DNA from: Cyanophora paradoxa CCMP329
Lineage: Eukaryota > Plantae > Glaucophyta
Length of the DNA: 64,000 nt
Direction: 5' to 3'
NCBI GenBank assembly: GCA_004431415.1
Contig: QPMI01000569.1
Span: forward strand, 62,001-126,000
The notes under the pieces are model-generated. The model worked only from the letters and a program-made list of their open reading frames with translations. It was not told the origin of the DNA and did no database searches. Shown in pieces: positions 1 through 13,200 of the stretch. The position numbers and the translations under genes were made by a program. Each line of letters opens with the position of its first letter. Within the stretch, counting starts at the first letter, position 1.

Positions 1-133
1 GATCTGGCTAGCCGGCCGGGAGCTGCCGCCCGACGCAGCCGAGCCGAGCTGCAGCGCATCCTGCGCGCGTGCCAGTGCTAGTCTCCTGCCCGGCCTGAGG
101 CCAGTGGCGGTCGCGCTGACCCTCGCCTCGCAG

Positions 134-2741
134 GCGGCGGCGAGGTGGTGCGCACGGTGAACGTGCTGGACCGGTGCGCTCCGGCCCGCGGCCTCCCGCG
201 CCGGCGCCTCTCGGGGCTCTGACGGCGGCGCAGGAACCCGGACCTGCCGCACATGAGCGTGGCCGTCGTCCGCCGCTCCTTCTCCGAGGCGGTCCCGCAG
301 CGCGGGGCGGGCGGCGGGGAGGCGCCCGAGGCCGACCCCGCGCTCCTGGGCGACACAAGCGTCGAGCCGGCCCCGCCGTCGCCGGCGCCCGGCTCGAAGC
401 GCGGCGAGGGCGGCGGGGGCGACCCGGCGTACGAGGACGACGACTTCGAGAGCCACGACGCCGGCCGCGGCGCCTCGCGCGGGCGGCCGCCGAGGGCGCC
501 CCGCCGGAGCCGGCCCCGGAAGCCGAGGCCGCGGCGGGGGACGAGGCGCCCGAGCCGCCGGAGCAGCCGCCGGCGCCGCCCGAGGCCGCAGCCGCCGCCC
601 CGCGGCGGCCCCTCCGGAGGAGGAGCGCGGGGGAGAGCAGGCGGCGGAACCGGCGCCCGAGCCCGCGCCAGCCGCGGACGCGGCCGAGCCGGAGCCGGAG
701 CCCGAGCCCGCAGCTGAACCGGAGGCGGAGCCCGAGGCGGCGGCCGAGGCACCAGCGCCGGCCGAGGCGGCGCCGGGGCCGAAGCAGAGGCGCCGGAGCC
801 CGAGGCGGAGGCGGCGGAGGAGGAGGAGGAGGCGGCGCCCCCGCCGCCCCCGCCCCCGCCCCGCCGAAGCCGGCGCCGGCCGCGAAGCCGGCGGCGGCGG
901 CCCGCCGGCCCCGCGATGCAGAAGAGCCAGTCCGAGCCGGCCATCCCCCGCGCCCGCCCCGAGACATCCCCTCCCCGGCCTCTCCACGGTGCCTCCCCCC
1001 GCCCCGCGCCCCCGCAGCGCCAGCGCCGGGGCGGGGGCGGGCGGGGCGTGACGGGGCGGCGGCAGGCGGCGTCGCTGCCGCGGGTGGTGACGGCGTCGAC
1101 GGCGTCGCGGGCGAACGCGTCGGGGCGGGGCGGCAGGTCGGCACGCCCGCCCCGGGGCGTACAGCCTCGAAGGACCCAACCGCTGGGCTCCCGCGGCTTC
1201 ACCATGCTCTCCCGCAAGATCCCCACCGCTCCCCCACGACTACAGTCCGCCCCGCCCCGCCCGCCCGCCCCGCCCCGCCCCGCCCCGCCCGCCCCGCCCC
1301 GCCCCGCCCCGCCCCGCCCCGCTGAGCGGGGGCTAGACCCGGTGGGCCCCGGGCGTACAACCCGCCCGTGGAGGTCGGCGAGAAGCGCGGCAACATGTGG
1401 ACCAGCACCAAGGGTCACGCCCTCGCCGTCAAGCGTCCGCCCCGCCCCGCCCCGCCCCGCCCCGCCCCCCCCCCCCCCCCCCCCCCCCCTCTTCGCCGGG
1501 CGCCGCCCCGCCCGGGCCCCGCTGAAGCCGTCGTCCGTGGACGCAGCCTCGCCCGTCCCCGACGTCGGCAAATGTGCGGCCACCGCCCGCCGCTCGCCCC
1601 GCCCCCCGCCCCGCCGGGGCGCGCTGACGGCTCCTCCGCGTGGCAGACAACCCGAGCTTCGAGGCGGTCTCGACGATGCCGTCGCCGCCGCGGCAGCGCT
1701 GGGGCAACGAGCGCCGCCTCAAGCACGGGCCCTCCGGTGCCCCCCGCGCCCCCGCCCGCCCCGCCCCGCCCCGCCCCTTGCCCCCGCCTGACGATCCGAT
1801 GCGCAGCGCCGTACCTTGGGGAGGGGTCCGCCCGCGAGAATCTCGGCACCTTCTCGCCGGGTCGGCGCATCCATGCCCCCGTGCCGCCCCCTCCCCGGGC
1901 CCTCGGCGCCTGACCCCGCCGCGCCCGCGCCCGTGCAGGCCCGGGCATCTACGACCCCAAGTACGAAGCCCAGCTGGTCCGCCCTACCCCTCTCCGCTTC
2001 CTCCCCCCTGCGCTCTCTCGCCCACGTACCCCCGCAGCCCACGGGGAAGACGTGGAAGTTCAGCAAGTCGAAGAACCACGGTATCCCCGGTGCGCGCCTG
2101 TTCCCGCCCCGCAGCGCAGTGCCCCCGCCCTGCTGACCCCGCTCTGCCCCACCCACAGGCATGACCGAGCGCGTGGTGCGCCCGGCCGCTGTAGCCCCCT
2201 ACCGCCCCGCTCCAGCCCCCAGCCAACCCCCCCGGCAACCAACCCCCCCCCCCACCCACCCCCACCCCGCAGATCCAGCGAAACGCGACCCCGGGGCCGG
2301 ACTACCAGCCGCCCATCCTGGGGCGCACCACGCCGGCCTTCAAGGTGCCCCTTGCCCCCGCACCGCCGGCAGCGCCCCCGCCGAGCCTCGTGGCCGCTGC
2401 AGTTCGGGGGCGCGCCGGCGCGGCTGGACGCGATCAAGGACACGCGGAAGGTGCCCTTCATGGGGGGCGAGTTCGCGTCCGCGTTCCTCGGCACCTGCTC
2501 CCCCGCCAAGGTCCCGCATCGCGATCCGACCCGCCCCCGGCCCCGCTCCGCCCCCGCTCGATCCTGAGGGGCTCGCGCGCGCGCGCAGCAATACGACGTG
2601 CGGGACAGCGGGTTCGAGGCGGGGGCGGGGGCCGTGCGGGGGGCGAACCCGCCCCGCCAGAAGTTCGGCAAGGGCGCCCGCTTCTGGAGCGCCCTCGACA
2701 GCCCCTTCCACTCGGGCCTCGCCCCCGCCCCCAAGGGCTGA
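134..2741 (+). CDS. Multi-exon SHIPPO/ODF3 (sperm-tail PG-rich repeat)-like protein; 5' end probably lies outside the window
   Basis: Spliced exons give PG-repeat motifs (PVGPG[A]YNPP, FSPGPGIYDPKY, TPGPDYQPP, SPAKQYDVR) after a Pro/Glu-rich region. The gene ends PAPKG* at TGA 2739-2741. Several single-base frameshifts in G/C runs (e.g. ~1352) look like consensus errors. Confidence 0.55.
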
Positions 2742-4261
2742 GCTGGGGCCCCACCCCGGCCCGGGGCGCCCCGGCTGCCTGCAGACTCCGCCCCGAAGTG
2801 CATTGTAATTGACCGCTTAGATCTCTTTGACCCGAGTCTGTTGGCCGCTTTGCAAATGATGACCTCCTAGGCCTGAATCTGGGGCGGGGGCGGCAACATG
2901 TACAGCTGCGGTACCGGTCGCTGGGGCTTCAAGCTCGTGATCGGTCACTGAGGGGGGCAAGATTTGTCACGTTAACGTTAACGTTTTTGACGTTCATCTA
3001 TTCAACGGGTTACCGTATGGGAGCTAGCATGCATGAATATTATAATTATATATATATAAGTATCGATATCATGGTACTACGGTATAATGATCATAGCATC
3101 GTTAGAACTTGCAATTTAATCGTCGCATCCGATGATCATCACAACCGGTTCCGTCGGATTACCGTTTACGTAGTACCGTCGAATTCGAAATGCGAACTCG
3201 AATACCTAAGTTATTAATTCGAGTTTGCAATTGGTCGACTTCGTTGGCTTCGGATTCTCCGGATCCTTGCAGTGGCCTCGGGCCTGCACATTCTCGATAA
3301 CAATCACAACGCATGTACGTATGCACTCGCGCATCCATGTGTACGCGAAAATTTCGACAATTTCGAGTACTACGGTATTCGAATACATTTAATTTGACAA
3401 GTGCAATAACTAGTTCTCTTGAAGAAGACCGCATCGATATCATCAATGTCGATATTTACAGCACTGTCATCTGCATGCTGCCAGGCTGCATCATGGCATC
3501 TACTTCGAATGCCAGCTGGAGGTCTTGATCCAACTTACATGTACAGATCAGATCTGAAATAAGTGCCTAGAAGCTAAGCACGTGAAGGCTATATATCTTG
3601 TTTTTTAACTAACAACTGTAGGCAGTTTTTAACTGACAACTGTAGGCAGACCTAGAATTCGAAATAACATTAACGTGTGCGCGTTGCGTTGCGCACTCCG
3701 ATCGTATCTGTCGAAATCTACTGGCCCCGGAGCCTTGATTCCGGAGCTGCCCGAAGGCCTAGGCACGCGGACCTGGGCGGGGCTCAGCTCGATTTCCGAA
3801 GTTCTGAAGGAAAAAAGAGTCCGGGGCGTGAGCTCGAGAAACAACGCCGAAGCTACGCTGCGGGATTTACAAGCTGAAGTGGCCACGAAGGCGACTTCGC
3901 ATACTGCAAATACGGTGCATCTCTAAATCAACAATCGAGATGTTGACGCAGTCGCGATCGATGATCAAGTCAAGACATATTGATCACAAAAAAGGAAAAC
4001 CCGAAATGAGCAAATGTGGAACCGATAAGACGATAGGAAATAGAAAGCGTCTCATGGAAACGAAAGGCTCATGCTGAGCTACAAAGGCAAAATGACGAGA
4101 TGAAAGAACTGTCCAACAGTACTAGTCACTGAGTCATGTACACCACAGCACGCTACTGGCTATATATAGGAGACTCGCATGTATATGAAGGCGACCGCGG
4201 CTCTTGTGAGGATGCCGCGGCCGTGAGTGAACCCAACGGTCCGGTTACGCGGGCGTAGGGC

Positions 4262-7200
4262 TTAGTTGGCCTTTCCCTTGTCCTCGTCCTCCGAGGACGA
4301 GTCGGAGTGCTTGGACCCCTTCCCGCTCTTCTTATCTTCGTTGGAAGCACCACCGTTCATCGCCCCCCGGAAATACCTGCAAACGCAGGCGCGCCGACCG
4401 CCGGTCAGAGGGGTGCGGGTGGGCGGACATCGAGCGGGGTACGCGCTTGTGGAGGAAGGCGTTGTCCTTGATGATGACGCGGGGGAACATGCCGAGCAGC
4501 TGCGCCCGCCGCGTCGACTCGTCGTCCTGCGCGCGCCGCCGGTCAGCGGCTTCGATGGCGAGGGCAGAAGATGCGAGGGGCGGGGATGACCAGCTGCTTG
4601 ATCATGGGCCTGCGACCAATCGTCAGCGGCGGCCGGGGGCGATGGATGGCACGGGGGGTACCGGAACATGAAGAGGTACAGGCTCGCGAGCGACACAATG
4701 TTGAAGGCGAGAATGACGCCTGCGGAGAGCGGTCTCGGTGAGCGCAGCGCGCGCGGAAAAGGGCCGCGGCGGGGCCCGAACCCTCGACGACGTAGACGAT
4801 GTCGATGCGGGAAACGCTCTCCTCGACAGTCAGGTCAATGCACTTGCCCAGGCCCACGTCAAGGAACCCAAAGCTGTGCAGAAAATGTTAAATTTGATGA
4901 GCGGAGGCGACGTTGAGCGCCTATGGCCCTTGGGCGCGAACCTCTCCTGAATAAAGGCGTAGGACTTGGAAGTAGCGCGGGAGAGGGTCGAGGCCACCTC
5001 GCAGTTCCGCTCGATGCAGTCCGCCTCCTGCGCGCGCGACGGCGTCAGCGAACGTGCAGCGAGGGCGATGGGTCGAGTCGGATGAAACGCCAACCTTGAG
5101 GATATCGGTGACCTGGCGGTACGGTTTCGCGTCAGGATGGCGCGCTTGCAATTGGGTGCAAAAGAGCAACGGGGTACCTTGTCGAGGAAGACTGCGACGA
5201 GGTTGTCAACGCCGTAGTTGTAGGCGTCCTTCCGCTCCAAAGACAGGGCGTTGCACGCTGCCTGGTTGTCCAGAAGGCACGACGGCATATACCTGCAGGG
5301 CGCCGGTGGGTCGGGGCGGGTTGCGAGGTGGAAGGGTACGCGCACATCAGGTTATCGAGCTTTTGGTAGCGGTTGTTCTGCCCGGGGAGGCCCAGTGTCT
5401 CATTGCCGTACTTGAGGCCCGCTGCGGCATCGCTCGTCAGAAGGAGGCAAGATGTGAAGGCAGATGAGGAGTCGGGGGTACCGTGGATGGATCGCAGTTC
5501 ATACATGCGCGACTCGAGGCGTGATTTCAGTTCCTTGAACGGCATGATCTGGCGCCGGGGCGTGAGGCCTGCGCAGAAACCAGCGCGGGCGACGGAACGC
5601 ACGAGATCGTCGTTGATGAACCTACGGTGACGCCCGAGGCGAACGGGGGCGGGCGTCAGACAGTGTGGGCGAACGGACTCGGGCGGGGCGGGGCGGGGGC
5701 GCACAGCTCGCGGGAGAGGAAGGCGAGCTCGCGGACGACGGCGCGGCGCGTGCCGCCGTACCTGCGCCCCCGTCAGCGGGCGGGGGGGCGGGGCGCGAGG
5801 CGCGGAGCCGGCGCACTTGATCTCCATCGAGGCTGTCTTGCCCTGGTCCATGAAGAAGAAGCAGAGCGCAAAGTTGGCCGACATCACAGCCTGCCGCGCC
5901 CCCGCCGTCAGCGGTGTCGAGCTCGAGGGCGCGAGCGAGCGTGCGGGCCGCGCACAGCGATGATGAGGAACCAGGTGAGGTATTTGCGGGTGAGGGAGGC
6001 GAGGAGGTTGTTGACGGCCGGCTTCGCCATTTCCGCGGCCCGCTTGCGCTTCTTCTCCTTGCGCCGCTCCTTCTCACCCTCGCTCCCGCTGCTCTCCTTG
6101 TCCTCCTCCTTCTTGTCGCCATGGGCCTCGTCGGTCTTCTCGGTCTTGTGGGGCTTGATGGCCGGCTTGGGGACCACGGGCACGAGGGGCATCTCCGGGG
6201 GCGGGGCCCAGAGGTTGGCGCCGCCCAGGATCTCGGCGAGGGGGTCCTTGACAGTCGCGGGGTCGCGCTCGCGGCGGTGGAGGCCCTTGGACGGGCCCTT
6301 TGACAGGTCCTCCTGCACTCCCGGCGTCAGCGTCGCATCGGAAAGACAGGGCTAGGGGTAAGCGGCCGCACGGGATCGAAGACCACCGAGCGGCGGCGCT
6401 CGCGCTCCGCGGGGGGGCTGCCAGCGGGTGCCGCAGCGTGGGCGTGTCCGTGGGAGTGCGAGCGCGAGTGCGACGACCCGCTGAGCGCGCGTGCTCCAGT
6501 CAGTGGGGTGCGTGGCCGGCGGCGAACAGCCGTGTCGGGACGCTCACTTGCGGAGGATGCCACCGATAGAAACGGGCGGCGACAGCATACCAGCAGCAGC
6601 GCGCTTCTCGCGGGTGATGGTGTCGGTGCTCGACGTCTCGCCGTCCGAGACCGAGATCGGCTCCACCTGCCGCCCGCGGTTGGTGTCGTGGGCGCGCGAG
6701 CCGCGCTTGGCAGCATTCAACGTGCCTTGGTGTTGTCATCGGGAGACAGGGGCGAGGCGGAGCCCTGGTCGAGGGACGGCAGGCTCGCGCTCGAGTCGAA
6801 GGAGCCGTCGGGCAGCACGGCGCCCTCCGCAAAGTGGCCCGTCGCGATGACCGCCACCGGCGCCTCCGGCTCCGGCCTGCCCGCCCCCCGTGAGCCTCGC
6901 AGGGGCGGCGGCCGGCGGCCGGCGCACGCGAGGAGGGTCTCGAGCTCGGGGAGGAAGCGGCGCCGGGCTGACGAGGAGCCGGAGCCGGCCGCCGAGCCGC
7001 GCGACGCGGGGCGCGCGTCGCCGGCCTGTGGCGCCGCCGGCGGGACGCCCGGGAGCGCGGCGCCGGCGTGGACGGACGCGTCCTCGAGGAGGGCCGGCTC
7101 CTGGCGGGCCGGCGACGAGGCGCGCCGGCGGGTCAGGTGCTGCAGCGCCACGTGCCGAAGCGCCAGCTGCGAGACGAGGCGATTCGCGGTCAGAGCGCAG

Positions 7201-10200
7201 CCGTAACAAAGCGGGCGGGGAGGCGGGGCGGGCCTGGCCGGGGGCCTCCGAGCCGAGGCGCTGGAGGTTCTCCATGGAGAGGGGCGCCTGGGCCGGCGCC
7301 GACTTGGAGCGCGCCTTGGCCGCCTCGGCCTTCTTCTCCTCTGTCTCCCGCTTGCGGCCGCGCTCGGAGCGCGCTCCGCCCTCGGCCTCGCTCGAGCTGC
7401 GGCGCCGAAGCGTCGGCGCGCCGCACCCGCGCGGGGCGCTGCGCGGAGGCAGCGGGCGGACCTGTCGCCGGAGGCTTCGGGGGCCACGCGCGAACGGGAC
7501 CCGAGGCCCGTCGAGCGCGCCCGCTTCTCCTTCTTTTCCTTCTTCTCCTTCTTCTCGCCGTCCTTGCCCCTGATGAGGCCATCCGAGGTCAGCGGGCGGC
7601 GCTGGGCCGCGTGGGAGAGGGGCGGGGCCGCACTTGCTGCTGCGGGAGCGGTCGGAGTGGGCGCCGCGCTTGCCGGCGGCCTCGGAGCCCGAGCCGCGCT
7701 CCCGGCGCGCGAGCTCGCGGCCCGACGCCTCGTCCTCCGACTGCGACGCGCCCTCGTACTTCTGCGCCTTCTTGCGGCGGTTCTTCTTCTCCGCCTTCAT
7801 CTTCTCCTCCTTCAGGGCGGCGTCCTCCAGGAAGCTGCGCGGGGCGCCCGGCCCCGCCGCCAGGTTCTCCGCCGTCAGGTGTCCCTCTGCGCCCTCGGCG
7901 CCGCTGTGCTCGCCGTCGCCCTCGTGCTCGGCCCCTTCCTTCTTCTTCCCCGCCTCGTCTGCCGCCCCCCGAGCGTCAGCCGAGCCCGCGGAACGGACGA
8001 ATACAACGTCGACACGGCCCAAGGAACACCCCATGATCCAGTAAACTTAAATTTAGAGCATTGCTGGAAGGGCTTTTAGAGCTGCGGGTGCTCTCTAGAA
8101 TGTCGGAATGACAATTACGAGTGGTACGGTAGATGTTTAGGAATTCGACGCGGAGAGCGGAGATAATGGAATGCTTCTGTTATGATGTTTTTTGGCTGGG
8201 CGGGGCGGGGCGCACCGCCGGAGCTCTCCTGGTCCGAGTCCTCAGCGCGGTCGCCCACGAGGCGCACGTGCGCGTAGTGCCGGCTAAGCTTTCGCATCAC
8301 TGTTCCAAGGCGGCGATCAGAAGAAGACAGAGAGACGTTCATGGGCGAAGAGCGAATTCGAACGCACGGGCGCGGGGCATCGCCAGGAGAATGTCGGAGA
8401 CTGCGCGCGCGGTGGCGTCAGGCCGGCGCCTTTGAACGCAGCTGCCGGCAAAGGCGTAGGCACCTCCGCGCTGGTTCTTGCGCACTTTCGCGAAGGCGGG
8501 CTGTCATACCGAAGCGGGCCGCATTAAAAACCAGAAGGTGGACGCAGAATTGCGATTGAATCTTAAGAAGCTTTATACTAGCACTGCAGGGCAGGAGGCC
8601 AGCAATGAATCTGGGCAATGAATGTGGGTTTCGGCACGAGGGCGGTGGTTCGGGATCCGGGTAGTTGCGGGGCGGGCCGGGGTCGCGGGGGCGGGTGTGT
8701 TGAACCATAAGGAGGCCCAGGATGAGGCCCGCAATTGTTGAGATGAACAGAGCTAGCAAAACCCCTAAAATGGATTTGCTGCTGGTGGTGCTAACGTAGG
8801 TCTTGAGTGATGGTCCCCAAATGCGCGAGGGGAGGGCGAGTCAATGACAGCAATCAGCGCACTCTGTGAACTCCGAGAATAAGCGCCGCAGTTGTCCCTA
8901 GAAAGAGAGCCAGCATAGTGCCAGAGTCACGGTGCCCAGGATCGCCTTAGAGCTGTCCGTTTTCACGAACGTCTGCTCGCCGCGAGCGGAGCGCCGCCGT
9001 TAGTCTATCCGTGACGCCTCTCGCAGCGCGGTGTGGGGGGAAAGAGCACAGCGCCTCCTCCTGCCGCAATTACCTCCTCCTGATACGTGTTGGCGGCCCT
9101 CTCCATCGCCTGCTGGAAGCCGTACATGGCTGCGCGCAGCCACGTCAACAAAGAAGCGGATTTCGCAGCGAAAGCCATCGCTCTCGCACCGTTACGAGTG
9201 ACGTAGCGGAAGAGGTCCGACGCGTGCGCGTCCTTCCAGTCTGCACGCGGAGCGGACGCTCAGATTTCGATGCACCGATGGCCAGGGCTCCGTTGGAATC
9301 GTGCGCACCGGCGACGGTGCTGTGGGAGAACTGCCGGGCCTTCGTCGCGAAAAGGTTGCCTCCGTCCTGCGATGGAAGCCGGTAAGATGACGGTTCAACG
9401 GTTCCAATGGTGTGGGGATCCATCGCTGGCGCACCCAGAGCGACGTGTACGTGTCGACGTAGTGCGCCGGCGGGATGCTGACGTATTTCTGCCGATGGCG
9501 CTGTTAGCGCGGAGCGGGTATGCGGATTTTACATCGCGATTCAAACCGCGTACCTGCATATGAACAGTTTGATCGGTCCACATGCCTGCGCGAGGCGAAA
9601 CGATTCACACAAAGCGATCCAGGATGAAGACATGAGTAAGGCTGACGGGTCACGGCCGGGTCGCTTGAGCGTGTCACGCCGTTGATTCCCATGTAAATGG
9701 AACGGAAGGCGTCCAGGAAGGTCTGCACAGAAACGGGCCGGCGGTTAGATTGATAATGGCGCCGATTGAGGCGGCTTTCTGCCTCGTCTTGTGAAAAAAA
9801 CTCGCCTCGGACATGGATGCGAGGGAAGTGACGGTCTCGTCCATCACGGCCTTGTCGTTTTCGCGCGCAGCAAGGTTCAGCGTGCGCGTCTGGTGGCACG
9901 CCCTGCGCGAAATGCGTTGATCATGACGCGCCGCCAAAGCTTTAGCGAGCGCAAGGCAGTGGGAAGGCCGCACTCGAGGATCATGCGGAGCAGTTCAATG
10001 ATGCCCTTGTTGCGCTTGACGGACTGGTCGTAGCCACCGAACAGGTCGCGGATCACCGCTACGGAGGCGTCAGAGGCGGTTTCTGGGTTGCTAAACTCCG
10101 TCATTGTGGGCGGACCGTAGCTGACGGCGGAGAGGGCCATAAGGGCGCCGATGCCAACGACGATGCCGAACTTCAGAATAGTCATCGCAAGGTTCTCCTG

Positions 10201-13200
10201 CTGGATGATCTCTGCGGAAGCGCGTGAGCCCTCGCCGGATTTCAACCGAAACACCCTTTGACCGCACCGAAGTCGCCGTTGCCGGTCTTGCGCTTCGCGG
10301 AGGAAGAGTGGCTGGAGGAACCGATGGATTCCGAGCCCTTGTCCTCGCTGGTGCCCTGGGACGACGTGCCGATGGACGAGCCGCCCCCGCCGCCGTTCGC
10401 GAGGCGCTCACGCATCTCGGCCTAGCGCGGCAGAAGCGTCAGATCTGGCAACATAGACAGAGATATTTAGTGCTGATTGAAGTGGACGGCATTCAACGAG
10501 GATGCCTCGTCCAATTTGTCGATATGATCACGGCTACAGACGCACCTCCTCGATCTCGTCGGCCTTGGCGAACTGGACGGCGGCGGCCTCCGCCTCGTTG
10601 CCGACGTGCAGGAGGAAGGCCGCGTAGGAGCGGATCAGCAGCTTCGAGCGCGGGTACTGCGCTGCGACCGGCGTCAGGCGCCGCGCGGAGAAGCGGGCGA
10701 TCGAGGGGGCAGCTGCAGGAGGCGCACTCAGGAGGCGGCGGTAGCCTTCGTCAGCCTTCGACTTGACCTGAAGATGAACGTGAGACCTGAGAGCAGAAAG
10801 GGGATAGTCTGCAGCTTTGCATACCTGGCGGGTCTCCTCCAGCTTCTTGCCGACGTTGTCGAGGACGGCGGGAAGGAGGACGCGCTTGCGGGCGAGTCCG
10901 CGCCAGAAAGTTCGCACGTGCACCACCGCCTAGCCCGAGCAGCCGCGTTGGCCGCGCGGTGCGAGCCCGCGGAGATCTCAAACTGCGGACCTGGTTGTGG
11001 TGCGCCTGGGTGACCGTCAGGAGCCGCTTGAACTCGAGCATCTGCGGCGCGGGCGGGCGTGAGGGACGAAGTCGAGTGGGGGGGAGGCGGGCCGGGGGCA
11101 CCTTGATGAAGGAGAGGGACTCGCCCCCGGCCGACTGCCCCTGGTTCATCTGCTCCCAGGAGCGGCGGATGGAGGAGAGCCAGAAGCGCTGGTCGAACGG
11201 CGGCTTCCGCTGCCACGCGTCCTTGAGCGCCACCATCGCTGCACCCGTCGCCGCCGTCAGCCGACCGAGAGCCCGTCGCACAGCGCGCGGGGGCCGGTGC
11301 GGCCGCACCGCCGGGGACGTTCTTGCGGTAGCTCTGCAGGAAGCTCGCGTACGTGATCCTGCGGGCGGACAGCGTTACCGTTTGCGACGAAGATAGCGGC
11401 GGATCCACGCCTCGTCGCACCGCACGTAGGCGCTCTGCGAAGGGAAACGTCAGACGAGCTCTCGCGTCTCGCGAAAGTGCGAAAGCCCCCCGCACCTTGG
11501 GGAACTGTTGCATGCCGCGCTTGTAGATGGCTTCTGCCGCGTCAAGTAGAGTGGCGTTCGGGTGGTGCGTCAGCCGCAGGAAGCGAACGGCAACCTGTCG
11601 CACGGGACCGTTATGCGGGCCCGTCGGGCGCGGTGAGCGGCGGCGCACCTCGACCTCCTGCTCAAGCAGGAAGGGCCCTGGCACCCCAGCGCCGGGCTCG
11701 CGCCCATCGCCGTCCTGCGCAGACGTACCTTAGATGCGTCGTCCCAAAAGCATTTGGATGGCACCGACGAGGAAAAGTACCTCATCGCCGTCATAAATAG
11801 CGGCGGCGAGCGGGCCGCCGAGGGTCGAGATCGACTTGGTGACGGTGCGGGCGCGACGAATGAAGGAGCGCGCCACTCCACCGCCGTGCGTGCTCTGTGC
11901 AAGAATCAAAATCGCGAGATTTGTGTAAGATTTGTGGGAAGGGTCGCGGGAAAGAAGGAACTCGCACCTCGGCGAGGTCGGCGGCGGCGGCGGCGGCGGC
12001 CTTCGCCGACGCCTCCTCTTGCGAGATGCCAGCGGCCACGAGCACCGAGGCGTGCGCCGCGGGGATCTTCAGGAACGCCCGCGAGATGCGGTAGTGCCGG
12101 AACTCTGCCGTTGATGGGCGGAGAGACGTCAGACCGAGTGCATTTGCCCTGAGAAAGGACGTGGAAAGGGCACCTGCGACGAGGGCGCCGATGGCGCCGA
12201 GGGGCACGATTGCGACGAGGACGGCAATGGAGGCGGCGTAGCGGCCGTCGTCGGTCGCATTGCGCAGCGCCACAGTCCCCAGCGAGAAAATCGCCGCTCC
12301 CATGAACCTGCCCCACGCCGCCCTGTGAGATCGCGGATCGAACGTGGCAGACGCGCCACTCACAGCCAGGCCATGAAGGTGTTGATCGAGCGGCGGTAGT
12401 AGGGGAGAACGACGGCCGTGTACCCGGCCTGCAGGCCCGCTGCAGCGGCGACCAGCAGACCGACGAAGCTCGGGCTGCAGGATCAGACGCCTCAGTTCGG
12501 ATGCGCCGGGCGGCTGTGCATGCGCGGCGGCGCGCCTGTAGGGCCAGAGGAAGCGGCGGGCGAGCACGAGGACCGTACGGGAGGCGAGGTAGAGCAGGTC
12601 GCCGCGGCCCGTCGGCCCTGCCGCGCCTCAGCCGCGCCGGCGGGGCGGGGCGGGCGCGCGGGGCGCGGATGGCGACTTCGACTCACGGGATTCGAGGTGG
12701 GGCGAGTGGGTCTGCGCGGCCGATGTTGGTGCACGAAAGAAAGGAAGCAGGGGGCAGCGGGCACCTCGTGGTCGTGGAAGACGAGGGACATGAGGAGGCA
12801 GAAGGGCATGAAGACAAGCAGCAGGATGAACGAGATGCCCATCTGCTCGCAGCCGGATGAATATTGGATCCGAACGAGTCACGTGCACGGAGCCGGGCGG
12901 CTCGCCTGGACGATGCTGCTGAGCTCGAGGCAGGTGCCCGAGAAGACGCAGTCGAAGGGGGAGATGAGGATCTCCAGCACCGTAATGTAGAGCGCCTGCA
13001 GCACCGGGCCGCGATCAGACGCGCAGGGCGGAGGCCGCTCAGAGATCGGCGGCGGGGTCGCACCGTCACGAGGATCGTGACGAGGATGCGGAGCGCTTTC
13101 ACCGGAAACATTTGGAAGCGGTCGCGCTACGGGCGAAGCTCTCACTCAACGGAAGTCCGAAGCGGGGAGAGAGAAAAGCTTTAAGGCTCCCGGCCCCTCG

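Noticed and set aside
480-1360. Programmed frameshifting or pseudogenisation of the PG-repeat gene
   Set aside because: The frame breaks fall in G/C homopolymer contexts and are most simply consensus indel errors. They cannot be resolved without reads.
2805-2809. Chlamydomonas-type TGTAA polyadenylation signal
   Set aside because: It occurs after this gene but was not seen at similar distance after TRM1 or the PfkB gene, so it may be chance.
12625-12635. In-frame TGA suggesting selenocysteine or read-through in the TmcB-like gene
   Set aside because: It lies within an intron next to the branch-point-like CTGA motif and disappears on splicing.
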